From: Squalus acanthias
Lineage: Eukaryota
Length of the DNA stretch: 64,000 bases
Direction of reading: 5' to 3'
Assembly (NCBI GenBank): GCA_030390025.1
Contig: CM059432.1
Coordinates: 81,718,001 to 81,782,000 of the forward strand
The translations under genes were made by a program, and so were the position numbers. The notes under the pieces were generated by a model. That model worked only from the letters and a program-made list of their open reading frames with translations. It had not been told where the DNA came from and searched no databases. Shown one piece after another: positions 37,139 through 48,433 of the stretch (the stretch's first letter is position 1; each line of letters opens with the position of its first letter).

Positions 37139-37897
37139 GGGGGAAAAATTCAGCTGCTTGCGCCTCCCGTTAGCGCCTTAAGAGGGCGCTAATGGGGCGT
37201 AAAGCAGCTAACGCCCGGGCGCAGCGCCGCCCACGCCTCCCGAAAAATTCAGCGGGAGGTTAGCGGCGGCGCCAGCCGGTAGCGCCCTGTGGCGCTGCGC
37301 CGCCGGCGATGACGTCATCGCCGTGCGCAGCACCCCGCTCGCGCTCCAGCCGCGATCTTCAGTCGCGCCCCCTGATTTACCGCCAGACGCTATGTCCGAC
37401 GGGTTCAGGGAGGCGTACGTGCGGCCGGGGCGGCGATATTTAAAGGGGAGGTGGCAGGCGGCCATTTTTGTTGCTGGCCGCCTGCCAGCACCTGCCCCCG
37501 TTGCTGTCCCCGGCCCCCGTGAAGCCCCCCCACCGTGAAGTGCCGGCTGCGCTCCAAGAGCCTGGCACTTCTCTTGAGTGCCGGGCTCTTTTGCCGGCAC
37601 TCCCGATCCCTGGGGGCCCAGCTGGGCCCCGGTTCGCGCTGCGCAGGGTCCCTCCCCTTTAAGAAGGGGAGGAAGGCCTGCAATACCGCGGCGCGACGTG
37701 CCGCAGCGCCGTAGCGCCAGGATATTCCCTCGCAGCGCCCCAAGAGGGATGCGGGGTGCTTCCAGTGGCGCCCCGCTTCCCTCTTGGGGCGCAACCACTG
37801 AAGTTCCGGCGCGGGGCCGCTAATTTTTTCGGGGCGCTAAAAGTCGCGCCCCGGCGAGGTTAGCGCCCCAAATGGGGCGCGACTCAATTTTTACCCC
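37139..37897 (+). mobile_element. CpG-rich Harbinger MITE family A2 inserted in the L2 RT
   Basis: TIRs GGGGGAAAAATTCAG / CTCAATTTTTACCCC and TSD ATT. The empty site is seen in the L2 at about 58441-58470 (GAAGACTGAAGCCATTGTTTTCGGTCCCC). Confidence 0.93.
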
Positions 37898-39283
37898 ATT
37901 GTCTTTGGTCCCCGCCACAAACTCCGTTCCCTAGCCATTGACTCCATCCCTCTCCCCGGCAACTGTCTGAGGCTGAACCAGACTGTTCGCAACCTTGGTG
38001 TCATATTTGCCCCCGAAATGAGCTTCCGACCACATATCAGCACCATCACTAAGAACGCCTATTTCCACCTCCAGATTACCTCCTGCCTCAGCTCATCTGC
38101 TGCTAAAACCCTCATCCATACCTTTGATACCTCTAGACTTGACTATACCAATGCACTCCTGGCCGGCCTCCCACTTTCACCCTCCGTAAACTAGAGGCCA
38201 TCCAAAATCCTGCTGCCCATGTCCTCACTTGCACTAAGTCCCGTTCACCCATCACCCCTGTGCTCGCTGACCTACATTGGCTCCCAGTTAGGCAACAACT
38301 CGTTTAAAAAAAAATTCTTATCCTTGTTTTCAAATCCCTCCATGGCCTTGCCCCTCCCTATCTCTGTAATCTACTCCAACCCCTCCAAGATATCTGCACT
38401 CCTCTAATTCTGGCCTCTTGAGCATCCCTGAATTTAATCGCTCCACCATTGGCGGCCATGCCTTCTATTGCCTAGGCCCTAAGCTCTGGAATTCCCTCCC
38501 TAAACCTCTCCACCTTTCTATCTCTCTTTCCTCCTTTAAGATGCTCCTTAAAGCTACCTCTTTCTGCCCTAATATCTCCTTATGTGGCTCAGTGTCAAAT
38601 TTTGTTTTATAATGCTCCTGTGAAGCACCTTGGGACATTTTACTACGTTAAAGGTGCTATATAGATACAAGTTGTTGTTGTTGTTGTTCACAAGTTCTAT
38701 TCAGTAGCCTCATTCCTCCCTCACAAAAACCTGAATAACTATATTGCAGGTCTGTTTCCAAACTCCACTGATTTCTTGTCCCCTAGTAGAGTGATTTCAA
38801 GGTCCTGACGCTTATTTTCAAATCCACCTACGCTTGTTTCAGCTTATCTGAGCAATCGTCTCCACATATATGACCGACCATGCGGCCCCCTATTTTGGTA
38901 TCATTCACAAATTTGTAGATTTTGTTTACTATACTCTTACTGAGTCAATAATGTATCTGTCTAACTATTTAAATAAAAGTTTTGTAAGCATCCATCACAT
39001 TTGGAAGTGTTAAAAATATAAAAAGAAGTGAAAGAAAGCCATACTGTTTATTCCTGACCTGTAGCCATAAATTTACAAGAACCTTGCAATTTGCAACCGT
39101 TGCTCATCACACAGACTTATTTAGACCACTTCTCCACAGGTAGGAATTGAGAAATAATCACAAAGGAACAGGCCAAGTTAGCAACTAAACATCATAACCA
39201 TGTTCTATGGTAAACAATGACACATAAGATCAGCTCCTATATATAAAATAATAGCGAGGGCCCCAGACAGATCCCTGAGATAC

Positions 39284-39484
39284 AAAAGCAAAATACTGCG
39301 GATGCTGGAAATCTGAAATAAAAACAGAAAATGCTGGAAATACTCAGCAGATCAGGCAGCATCTGTGGAGAGAGAAACTGAGTTAACATTCGAAGGGTCA
39401 TCGACCTAAAGCGTTAACTCTGTTTCTCTCTCCACAGATGCTGCCTGACCTGCTGAGTATTTCCAGCATTTTCTGTTTTTATTT
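39284..39484. mobile_element. Penelope terminal-repeat-derived foldback mini-element
   Basis: Inverted arms at about 39311-39387 and 39413-39489. CAGATCCCTGAGATAC is duplicated at 39268-39283 and 39485-39500. Confidence 0.87.
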
Positions 39485-39586
39485 CAGATCCCTGAGATAC
39501 CCCATTCATCTTATTTTCGATCTAATAATTTGTAGCTACCCACTGTTTCTTCTTTTACGGCAATTTTCTATTCAGCACCATACTTT

Positions 39587-40196
39587 GGGGGAAAAATTGG
39601 GTTGCTTTTCGCCTCCCGTTAGCGCAAAGCAACGAGTGCCTGGGCGCGGCGCCGCCCACGCCTCCCGCGAAATTCAGCAGGAGGTTAGCGGCAGCGCCCC
39701 GCTCGCGCCCCGGCTGCGATCTTCGGACGCGCCCCCTGACTTACCGCCAGATGCTATGTCCGACGGGGTCAGGAGGGCCTACCTGCGGCTGGGGAGGCGC
39801 AATTTAAAGGCGAGGTGCGGGGCGGCCATTTTTGTTGCTGGCCGCCTGCCAGCACCTGCCTGCGTTCCCGTCCCCGGCCTCCTGAACGGCCCCCCCCGCG
39901 GAGTGCCAGCTGCACACCAAGAGGCCAGCACTTCTCTTGAGTGCCGGGCTCTTTTGCCGGCACTCCCGATCCCCGGGGGCCCTTTAAGAAGGGGAGGAAG
40001 GCCTGCATGTAGCGCCGTGATATCGACTCACAGCGCCCCAAGAGGGATGCGGGGCGCTTCCAGTAGCGCACCGCTTCCCTCTTGGGGTGCAATCACTCAA
40101 GTTCCGGCGTGGGGGGCGCTACTTTTTCTGGGGCGCTAAAAGTAGCGCCCCGGCAAAGTTAACGCTCCAAATGGGGCGCGACTCAATTTTTAGCCC
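39587..40196 (+). mobile_element. Harbinger MITE family A2 (internally deleted)
   Basis: TIRs GGGGGAAAAATTGG / CTCAATTTTTAGCCC and TSD TTT. Homologous to 37139-37897. Confidence 0.9.
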
Positions 40197-40264
40197 TTTA
40201 TCTCCTATTCCATGGCTCCTTACCATCCACATTAATTATTGATGTGGAACTGTTACAAATTCCA

Positions 40265-40610
40265 GGGCCACGATTTTTCCCTACCTCGGCGGGTCCGTGG
40301 CGGGTGACGTCGGTGGCAGGTCCCGGCCCCGCTCCTGTCTCCATTCCGGCCTCCGACATGACATTCCCCTGATTGGGTTTGTTAAGCCCACCCAGTGAGT
40401 TTCCCGGCCAATTGAAGGAAGTGGGTCTGATGACATCATTTGATGATGCGTCATCAGCCGGGTTTCCTTAAAGGGACCGTGAGCAAATTTACTTTGACAT
40501 TTGTGCTGTCAGTGTTCTACAGCATTGAGGTGCTGCAAACACTGACAAGCACTGCACAGAGGTGCACGGCTGCACCCAGGCTCTCCAATGACTCCCTCCA
40601 TATGCTCAGG
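40265..40610 (+). mobile_element. Harbinger end fragment with the start of the Myb ORF
   Basis: Starts GGGCCACGATTTT and encodes TSTAQRCTAAPRLSNDSLHML, as at 760-870 on the minus strand. Confidence 0.75.
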
Positions 40611-41211
40611 TTCAGTGTTACTGGCCTCTCCGGTAAATGGATCTTGCATTCCTTGTGATCAGGAGTTTGCCTTTACCGGCCAATGTCTACACAAAGGATA
40701 GGGTTATAACAATAAAATTCCTTGTATGGGACTGAATACTGTAATGCTGCTGGTGTCACCATATGTACTTCTCCAATTTTCTAGAAGGCAGTCTGATGAA
40801 CACTTTAGTAAGATGAAGTAAAATATAAATCAGGTGGATTTATTTTACACCAAAGTGAATGAACAGAGTAAGAATTATAACTTTTTTGTAAAACTCCTCA
40901 TAGTAAAGAAATTAGCAAAACAAACCACACTGCCCTATTAGCAACTAAATATAGCTTTTCTGATCAATTATTCCTTAAGGCAAGATGTTGGGCATTGATG
41001 TGACCATCAGGGCAGCTGCTTCCCGAGATATTCCCAGCTGCAAAAGTTATCCCACATATATGGGCACAGTTGATAATCCACGTATGTGATGATATCAGTT
41101 CCTTCATTGGTTTTTGTGTTTTATGATGTGGAGATGCCGGTGTTGGACTGGGGTGGACAAATGTGAGAAGTCACACAACACCAGGTTATAGTCCAACAGC
41201 TTTATTTGAAA

Positions 41212-41248
41212 TCACAAGCTTTCGGAGCGCTGCCCCTTCGTCAGGTGA
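41212..41248 (-). ncRNA. Minimal type I hammerhead ribozyme (PLE family 1)
   Basis: Minus strand reads TCAC-CTGACGA-A-GGGGC-AGC-GCTCC-GAAA-GC-TT-GTGA. Confidence 0.75.
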
Positions 41249-41540
41249 AGTGAAGAGATGCATATAGGCACAGCATATATAGTCCGAGAACACTGCCAGA
41301 TGATTACAGTTAATCTTTCCAACTGCCCTTTATCACACCTCGGCAGAGAGATAATCACGGCAATCAAAGGTGTGGATGGTGTCCAAACAGGTCAGTCAGG
41401 AAAACATTACATCAAAGACAATGTGGCAGATGCTGGGGTCTGTATGGAAAACAAAAAACTTTTTTTGCTGGAAATCACAGCAGGTCCGGCCGCATCTGTG
41501 TAGAGAGAACAAGCCACCAACGACTCGAGTCTGGATGACT

Positions 41541-43109
41541 CTACATCATGTAGCATGACATGAACCCAAGATCCCGGTTGAGGCCGTCCTCATGGGTGCG
41601 GAACTTGGCTATCAATTTCTGCTCGACGATTTTGCGTTGTCGTGTGTCTCGAAGGCCGCCTTGGAGAACACTTACCCGAAGATCGGAGGCTGAATGTCCT
41701 TGACTGCTGAAGTGTTCCCCGACTGGGAATGAACACTCCTGCCTGGCGATTGTTGCGCGGTGTCCATTCATACGTTGTCGCAGTGTCTGCATGGTCTCGC
41801 CGATGTACCATGCTCTGGGGCATCCTTTCCTGCAACGTATGAGGTAGACAACGTTGGCCGAGCCATATGAGTATGTACCATGTACCTGGTGGGTGGTGTC
41901 CTCACGTGTGATGATGGTATCTGTGTTGATGATCTGGCATGTCTTGCAGAGGTTGCCGTGGCAGGGTTGTGTGGTGTCGTGGTCGCTGTTCTCCTGAAAG
42001 CTGGATAATTTGCTGCGAACGATGGTCTGTTTGAGGTTAGGCGGCTGTTTGAAGGCGAGTAGTGGGGGTGTGGGGATGGACTTAGCGAGGTGTTCGTCGT
42101 CATCGATGACATGTTGAAGGCTGCGAAGAACATGGCGTAGTTTCTCCGCTCCGGGGAAGTACTGGACGACGTAGGGTACTCTGTTGGTTGTGTCCCGTGT
42201 TTGTCTTCTGAGGAGGTCTATGCGATTTTTTGCTGTGGCCCGTCAGAACTGTCGATTGACGAGTCGAGCGTCATATCCCGTTCTTACGAGGGCGTCTTTC
42301 AGCGTCTGTAGGTGTCCATCGCGTTCCTCCTCGTCTGAGCAGATCCTGTGTATTCGCAGGGCTTGTCCATAGGGGATGGCTTCTTTAACGTGGTTAGGGT
42401 GGAAGCTGGAGAAGTGGAGCATCGTGAGGTTGTCCGTGGGCTTGCGGTAGAGTGAAGTGCTGAGGTGTCCGTCTTTGATGGAGATTCGTGTGTCCAAGAA
42501 TGAAACCGATTCTGAGGAGTAGTCCATGGTGAGTTTGATGGTGGGATGGAACTTGTTGATGTTATCGTGTAGTCTTTTCAGTGATTCTTCACCGTGGGTC
42601 CATAGGAAGAAAATGTCGTCGATGTATCTGGTGTATAGCGTTGGTTCGAGGTCCTGTGCAGCGAAGAAGTCTTGCTCGAACTTGTGCATGAAGATGTTGG
42701 CGTATTGGGGTGCGAATTTGGTCCCCATGGCTGTTCCGTGTGTTTGGGTAAAAAACTGGTTGTCGAAGGTGAAGACATTGTGGTCAAGGATGAAGCGGAT
42801 GAGTTGTAGGATGGCGTCTGGAGATTGGCTGTTGTTGGTGTTGAGTACTGAGGCTGTCGCAGCGATGCCGTCATCGTGGGGGATACTGGTGTAGAGTGCC
42901 GAGACGTCCATCATGGCGAGGAGTGTTCCTGGTTCAACTGATCCGTGGGTGCTGAGTTTCTGTAAGAAGTCTGTAGTGTCGCGACAGAAGCTGGGGGTTC
43001 CCTGTACGATGGGTTTCAGGATGCCCTCGACGTATCCAGAGAGGTTCTCACACAGGGTTCCGTTGCCTGATACGATAGGACATCCGGGTGTGTTGGCTTT
43101 GTGTATCAT
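41541..43109 (-). pseudogene. Penelope RT-GIY-YIG polyprotein, C-terminal ~520 codons with one internal stop
   Basis: MDVSALYTSIP, GTAMGTKFAPQYANIFM, RYIDDIFFLW and SFLDT. Manual translation past the TGA at 42243-42245 stays open through CHGNLCKTC and NVVYLIRCRKGCPRAWYIGET to 41541. Confidence 0.93.
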
Positions 43110-43464
43110 GAGGACGGCCTCAACTGGGATCTTGGGTTCATGTCACGCTACATGTAACCCCACCTGACGTAGAATCATCCAGACTCGAGTCGTCGGTGGC
43201 TTGTTCTCTCTACACAGATGCGGCCGGACCTGCTGTGATTTCCAGCAAAAAAAGTTTTTTGTTTTCCATACAGACCCCAGCATCTGCCACATTGTCTTTG
43301 ATGTAATGTTTTCCTGACTGACCTGTTTGGACACCATCCACACCTTTGATTGCCGGGATTATCTCTCTGCCGAGGTGTGATAAAGGGCTGTTAGAAAGAT
43401 TAACTGTAATCATCTGGCAGTGTTCTCTGACTATATATGCTGTGCCTATATGCATCTCTTCACT

Positions 43465-43501
43465 TCACCTGACGAAGGAGCAGCGCTCCGAAAGCTTGTG
43501 A
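43465..43501 (+). ncRNA. Minimal type I hammerhead ribozyme (PLE family 1)
   Basis: TCAC-CTGACGA-A-GGAGC-AGC-GCTCC-GAAA-GC-TT-GTGA, with stem I TCAC/GTGA and stem II GGAGC/GCTCC. Confidence 0.78.
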
Positions 43502-43872
43502 TTTCAAATAAAGCTGTTGGACTATAACCTGGTGTTGTGCGACTTCTCACATTTGTGTTTTATGACATTTGCCATGAAGAGACCTGAAATCTCCTATTGT
43601 ATATTCAGCTCCTTCAGCTCTACCTTAAATGCATTGTTATTCTAGTCTGTGTGAGATAGCTTTTTCTTTTATTAAGATGCCATTTGTAGTTTATGAAACT
43701 CCAATCCCAGCAGATTATAATGTTTTTCTGCAAGTGGTGTCTCATTCCACATGTTTTAAGTTTTATTACCTTTTTCCCCCAAATCCATTCCTGTACATCT
43801 GTAGTTGAAAGTATTCCATTCTGGGCACAAACAATAAAGCATATATCTGTGTGTTTAAGATTAAGACACTCT

Positions 43873-44534
43873 GGGCTGGATTTTGATACTGGGGCGGGTT
43901 GGGGTCGTGTCATCCACTGTTCGTGTTATCCACCCGACTGCAATTGGATGTGGGAGATTGATGCAATTTTCACCTAATTGGGCAATTGAGTTCCAGCATG
44001 TGGGAACCCATGAACCAATTAGTGTTTTCAGTCTGAAAGTCGCCTCTGATGATGTCATCATTGCTGCTGCATTGAAGGTCTTCAAAGACTGCCTGGCCTT
44101 TGCTGTGAGAGGACCTGGATGCAAAATGAGCAGCAGCAGCCCTAAGTCTGCTCCCAGATATTTTTACACCACCACTTCCAGATATGTCTCCTCCCCAGCC
44201 ATCCATATATGCATCCCCATAGCCAGCCAGCCGACCGACCGAAATGTGCTCCTGCCAGGTTTCACATTCGTGGTTCAGAACAGGCGTGCTTCACGTAGAA
44301 AAAGGGTTAAAATCACAAAGGCCTTTCAAAATGTCATTATAGAGGCAATTTAGTGCTTGTTAAGGGCCTTAACAGCCTATCCTGTCTCTAAGAGGTGGGA
44401 CGGAGTCGGGACCAGCAGACATGATTTAATGAAAATTGCATGGAGGCAGGCTTCTGCCCGCCTGCCAGTTTTCGCAATTTTAACCCCCCACACGCCTCCA
44501 AACCCACCTCCACGGGTCAATGAAAATCCAGCCC
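43873..44534 (+). mobile_element. Harbinger-type MITE family C
   Basis: Perfect TIR GGGCTGGATTTT / AAAATCCAGCCC and TSD TCT. Confidence 0.92.
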
Positions 44535-44853
44535 TCTGTCATTTCTGTATGCATGCCTTCTCGTAATGACTACCAAGAGTTATAGCAACTTGTCTGAAAT
44601 CTAGTATTTGTATTACTGCAGACCCTGGACTTCTTAAATTCTGCTGGGCAAATGCTAAATAAGAACAGCAGTGTAAGGTCATAAAACCAACACATTGGAG
44701 GCTGTCATTGCCTTGAGATATTTAGCAATAATGTAAGATGGACACTGCTCTTATAGCAAGGTCAGTATTTGTGTCAAACTAATATGAAGCCCAAAGCTAC
44801 AGGAGTGAAAATTTTTATTGAATCAGTATAACAGTTGACAGGTACCGCATTTG

Positions 44854-45742
44854 GGGGGAAAAATTCAGTTGGTTGCGCCTCCCGTTAGCGCCTTAAGAGG
44901 GCGCTAATGGGGCGCAAAGCATCCAGCGCCCAGGCGCGGCGAAGTTTGCGCCGCTCGTGAAATTAACTAGACATTTTGCGGCGGCGCTAAACACTACCAC
45001 CATGATCTCCTGCGCCGGCAGATCATGACGTCAGTCGAGTGCGCAACGCCCCGGTATCGCCCCGGAGCGGATATTGAGTGGCGCCCCCTGCCTTACTGCC
45101 TGACGCTAGCAACGACAGGTTGAGGGGAGCGTTCTGCAGTCATGAAGGGAAAGGGGGAGCGCTATTTAAAGGTGACCGCTTCCTGCCTTTTATTGTTAGT
45201 GCCATTTTTGAACTACGCATTCTGAGAGAGAGAGAGACTTCTGGAGAGATTCAACGTTGTGTGAAGGAGTTTTTGGTACTGAGCAGCACTTTGCAGGTTC
45301 ATTTTGATTTGCCATTCCTTGTATCGATTTAGAAGAGATTGTGGGGGCTGCACTCTGAGCTCTTTGCCTGGTACTCTTCATTGTTCTTTCCAGCAGATTT
45401 GATGTGCAGGTCTCTCCAGGCCGAGATTCAAGGCTGCAATGAGCAGGATGTGGATGGAAAGCAAGATCAACCATCCCCTTTAAGAACTGGCCCGTGCCAT
45501 TGTGTGTGTGTTCCATTGCTGACTGACATTACATGAGCTTCGCCAGCGCTCTGAGGTAGCGCCTCGCTCCTCGGCCTTTGCGCCTTAAGACAGGTGTGAA
45601 GCGCCTGATTTAGCACTCCAATCACCTCCAGGGGCGATAAAAGTCAAGTTTGCAGTCGGTGGTGATAATTAGCGCCAGGCGCTAATCTTTGCGCCCGGCC
45701 GATAATTGCGCCCCAAATGTGGCGATACTGAATTTCTCCCCC
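44854..45742 (+). mobile_element. Harbinger MITE family A1
   Basis: TIRs GGGGGAAAAATTCAG / CTGAATTTCTCCCCC and TSD TTG. Confidence 0.92.
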
Positions 45743-45784
45743 TTGGTCTTTAATGGATCTCATTATGGTTTACTCTTTGCAATA

Positions 45785-46158
45785 TAAATGTTTTCAAAAT
45801 CATGAGGGGTCTCGACAGAGTAGATAGAGAGAAACTGTTCCCATTGGCGGAAGGGTCGAGAACCAGAGGACACCGATTCAAGATGATTGGCAGAAGAACC
45901 AAAGGCGACATGAGGAAAAACTTTTTTACACAGCGAGTGGTTAGGATCTGGAATGCAATGCCTGAAAGGGTGGTGGAGGCAGACTCAATCATGGCTTTCA
46001 AAACGGAATTGGATAAGTACCTGAAGGGAAAAAATTTGCAGGGCTACGGGCAAAGAGTGGGGGTGTGGGACTAGCTGAAGTGCTCTTGCAGAGAGCCGGC
46101 ACGGGCTTGATGGCCGAATGGCCTCCTTCTATGCTGTAACCATTCTATGATTCTATGT
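45785..46158 (+). mobile_element. CR1 3' end
   Basis: ORF 45802-46074 is the ORF2 C-terminus, followed by an (ATTCTATG)n tail. Confidence 0.92.
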
Positions 46159-46851
46159 TGTTATGTGCTAACTGCTTTTGCTGTTTTTGTTGCTATGGTT
46201 GCATTGGTTACATAGAATGCAAAATAATGAATACCACCTGTACTAAATAAACCATCTTATGTCAAGGTCTGGTACTTGGCCTGCCCTCTTAAGATGTCCT
46301 ACTGGGACATTGGAGCAAATTCAATTGTCCTGCTCATGGACCTGAATGGTATTGCATCTTAAACTTATGCTTATAACAAGAAAGCCTTCAGCTTAGGCAG
46401 TGGAGATTTGTTCATAGGTTCACTATTGAACAAAAGAGGATTCCAATTTAACGGTCCTATTTATTTCCTCTCCCAGGTAGTAAAGACATTCCTTTCAATC
46501 AATACGACTTCCAGATCTCTGTTTGGCCTTTCATCTTGCGTGATGTCATTGTGACATGTTGGCATCATAATCTATAACAACAGTTTGCTTACTCATGTTA
46601 ATAATGTTTGGTGCCCAAGCCCTGTCCTGGGAATTAAAGGAATTGATTTTGGATTCCTCCTCTCTAACCCAATGGTACTCATCTAATCAATGGGAGTTGT
46701 CTGGATTTACTTGAGTAATTTATATTAAATACATGCCTTAAAGTGAAGATAAAGCATGCTCAAGTCTCTAGAGTGGGGCTTGAACCCATGACCTTCATAA
46801 TGTAAGGCAAGAGTGAAGTCAAGACTGAGGCAAGACTGACACTCGGAATGC

Positions 46852-47095
46852 TACAACAACAACAACAACAATTTGTATTTATATAGTGCCTTTAATGTAA
46901 TAAAACATCCCAAGGCGCTTCACAGGAATATTAAAAGACAAAAAAATTGACACCGAGCCACATAAGGAGGAATTAGGGCAGGTGACCAAAAACTTGATCA
47001 AAGAGCGTCTTAAAGGAGGAAAGAGAGGTAACGAGGCGGAGAGGTTTAGGCAGGGAATTCCAGAGCTTAGGGCCTTGGCAACAGAAGGCAACACG
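46852..47095 (-). mobile_element. L2 3' end
   Basis: (CAA)n tail plus the reverse complement of the L2 3' UTR. Confidence 0.85.
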
Positions 47096-47334
47096 TGCTC
47101 TTTGTACATTCTTGAACTACCTCAACTATTTTGTGTTTTAAAAAGTGATCAGCATTGTCATTGAGCATTTGAAGGATGATTATAATGTGCGGAATATTGG
47201 TTCTCACGTGTATTATTCACAACAACATAATATTATGGGTGAACTGGTAGATGTTATTGTAGCTGTCTCCCACAGAACTTCTATCAGGTCAATATTACAA
47301 CGGTGCTTTCTGAACTTAGAGTTATAGACACATT

Positions 47335-48094
47335 GGCCCTGAATTTCCGATCGGAGACTTCCTGCGGGCGGATGCCTCCGATTGGAAAAAATCTACGAAC
47401 TTACCTGCTGGCTCAGTAGGTCCCGAGACTTCCGATCCTGGGCCTCTGCTCTACGAAATGCGCAGAGGCCCAGATATCCCAGGGGCGCAGGTGGTTCACA
47501 AGCGCCTTGGGATCATGTGGGCCATGGGGAACCAATCAAAGAAGGGAATCCCCCTTCACAATTTTGACAGGTCTGTACGCACAGATCTGTCAAAAGTATG
47601 AATGGGGATCACTTAAAAAACAGTTAAACATTAAATAATTGTTTTTTAAATCACCTATTTAAAATTAGTTAAAATTACATTAAACTAAATATTTTAAACA
47701 AAAATTTAATTTTTTGAAAAAATAATTCAAGTTTTTTACGGGGCTAAAAATAAACTTACCTTTTTTAAAAGTATTTTTAAATTATAAACGAGTGAATTTT
47801 TAAAAAAAAAAATTTTAAACTCTTATGCTGGTAAAAACAGACCTGACGCCTGCTTTTACCAGGCGTATGATTTTTAAAGGTTTTCAGCGGGCGGAGGTTG
47901 TGCAGAAAGCGGAACTCTCCACCCACGGAGGCCCCTCTCCCGGGCAGGCGGATGATCTGTCAAGAGGATTCTTGACAGATCGGAAGTGCCGGTTTTCAGC
48001 GCATGCGCTTCGCATGCCTAAACCCGGCACTTGCGAGGCTGTATGGGTGCGTACACATCTCGTACACACCCGTAGGGGTCGGAAAATCCAGCCC
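47335..48094 (+). mobile_element. Harbinger MITE family B (GC-rich ends, AT-rich core)
   Basis: TIRs GGCCCTGAATTTCCGA / TCGGAAAATCCAGCCC and TSD ATT. Confidence 0.88.
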
Positions 48095-48433
48095 ATTGTC
48101 AAGGCATTCTAATCTGACCTATGACACTTATCCTAGAAGTATTTGATGCTGTTTTTACTCCGCACTGTTAACCTCCCTTCAGGAATAGAGCATTTACTCA
48201 TGTGGTCTGATAGTTTCAACATGTCCTAACTGAATATAATTTACGGTTCAGTATTTCAGGAACTCCAATTTAAGCTTATAGTTGTCAAGAAAAAATATTC
48301 TTATAATCCATGTTTAAAAATGTCTATCATTTTAGTCAATTTTAGTGTTATATTTTAGATTTGAATATATTTTTTAATTCACTTAATTATTGTTTACTTT
48401 TTAAACCTGTTACTAAAGTGCAATTAAGGCTTG

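Larger units (their letters stand above)
25260..38688 (+). mobile_element. L2 LINE split by nested insertions at 26285-35550 and 37139-37897
   Basis: APE motifs QNVRSL and ALMETWL (about 25850-26000). RT motifs LQSGFCPCHSTEAALIKVTNDIL, LLDLSVAF and YADDTQLY. (GTT)n tail at 38671-38688. CCTTAATCTCTC (to 26284) joins CCTCCATGTAAAC (from 35551). 5' boundary approximate. Confidence 0.88.
41127..43551 (-). mobile_element. Penelope-like element (family 1), 5'-truncated, with inverted terminal repeats
   Basis: RT + GIY-YIG ORF. About 41157-41590 is inverted at about 43108-43555. TTTGTGTTTTATGA is duplicated at 41113-41126 and 43552-43565. Confidence 0.95.

Noticed and set aside
37208..37798. Long Pro/Ala/Gly/Arg-rich ORFs, also 39438-40139
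   Set aside because: Expected from stop-codon scarcity in GC-rich MITE DNA.
41258..41558. Near-identical short ORFs here and at 43143-43455
   Set aside because: They are the two arms of the Penelope inverted repeat, not duplicated genes.
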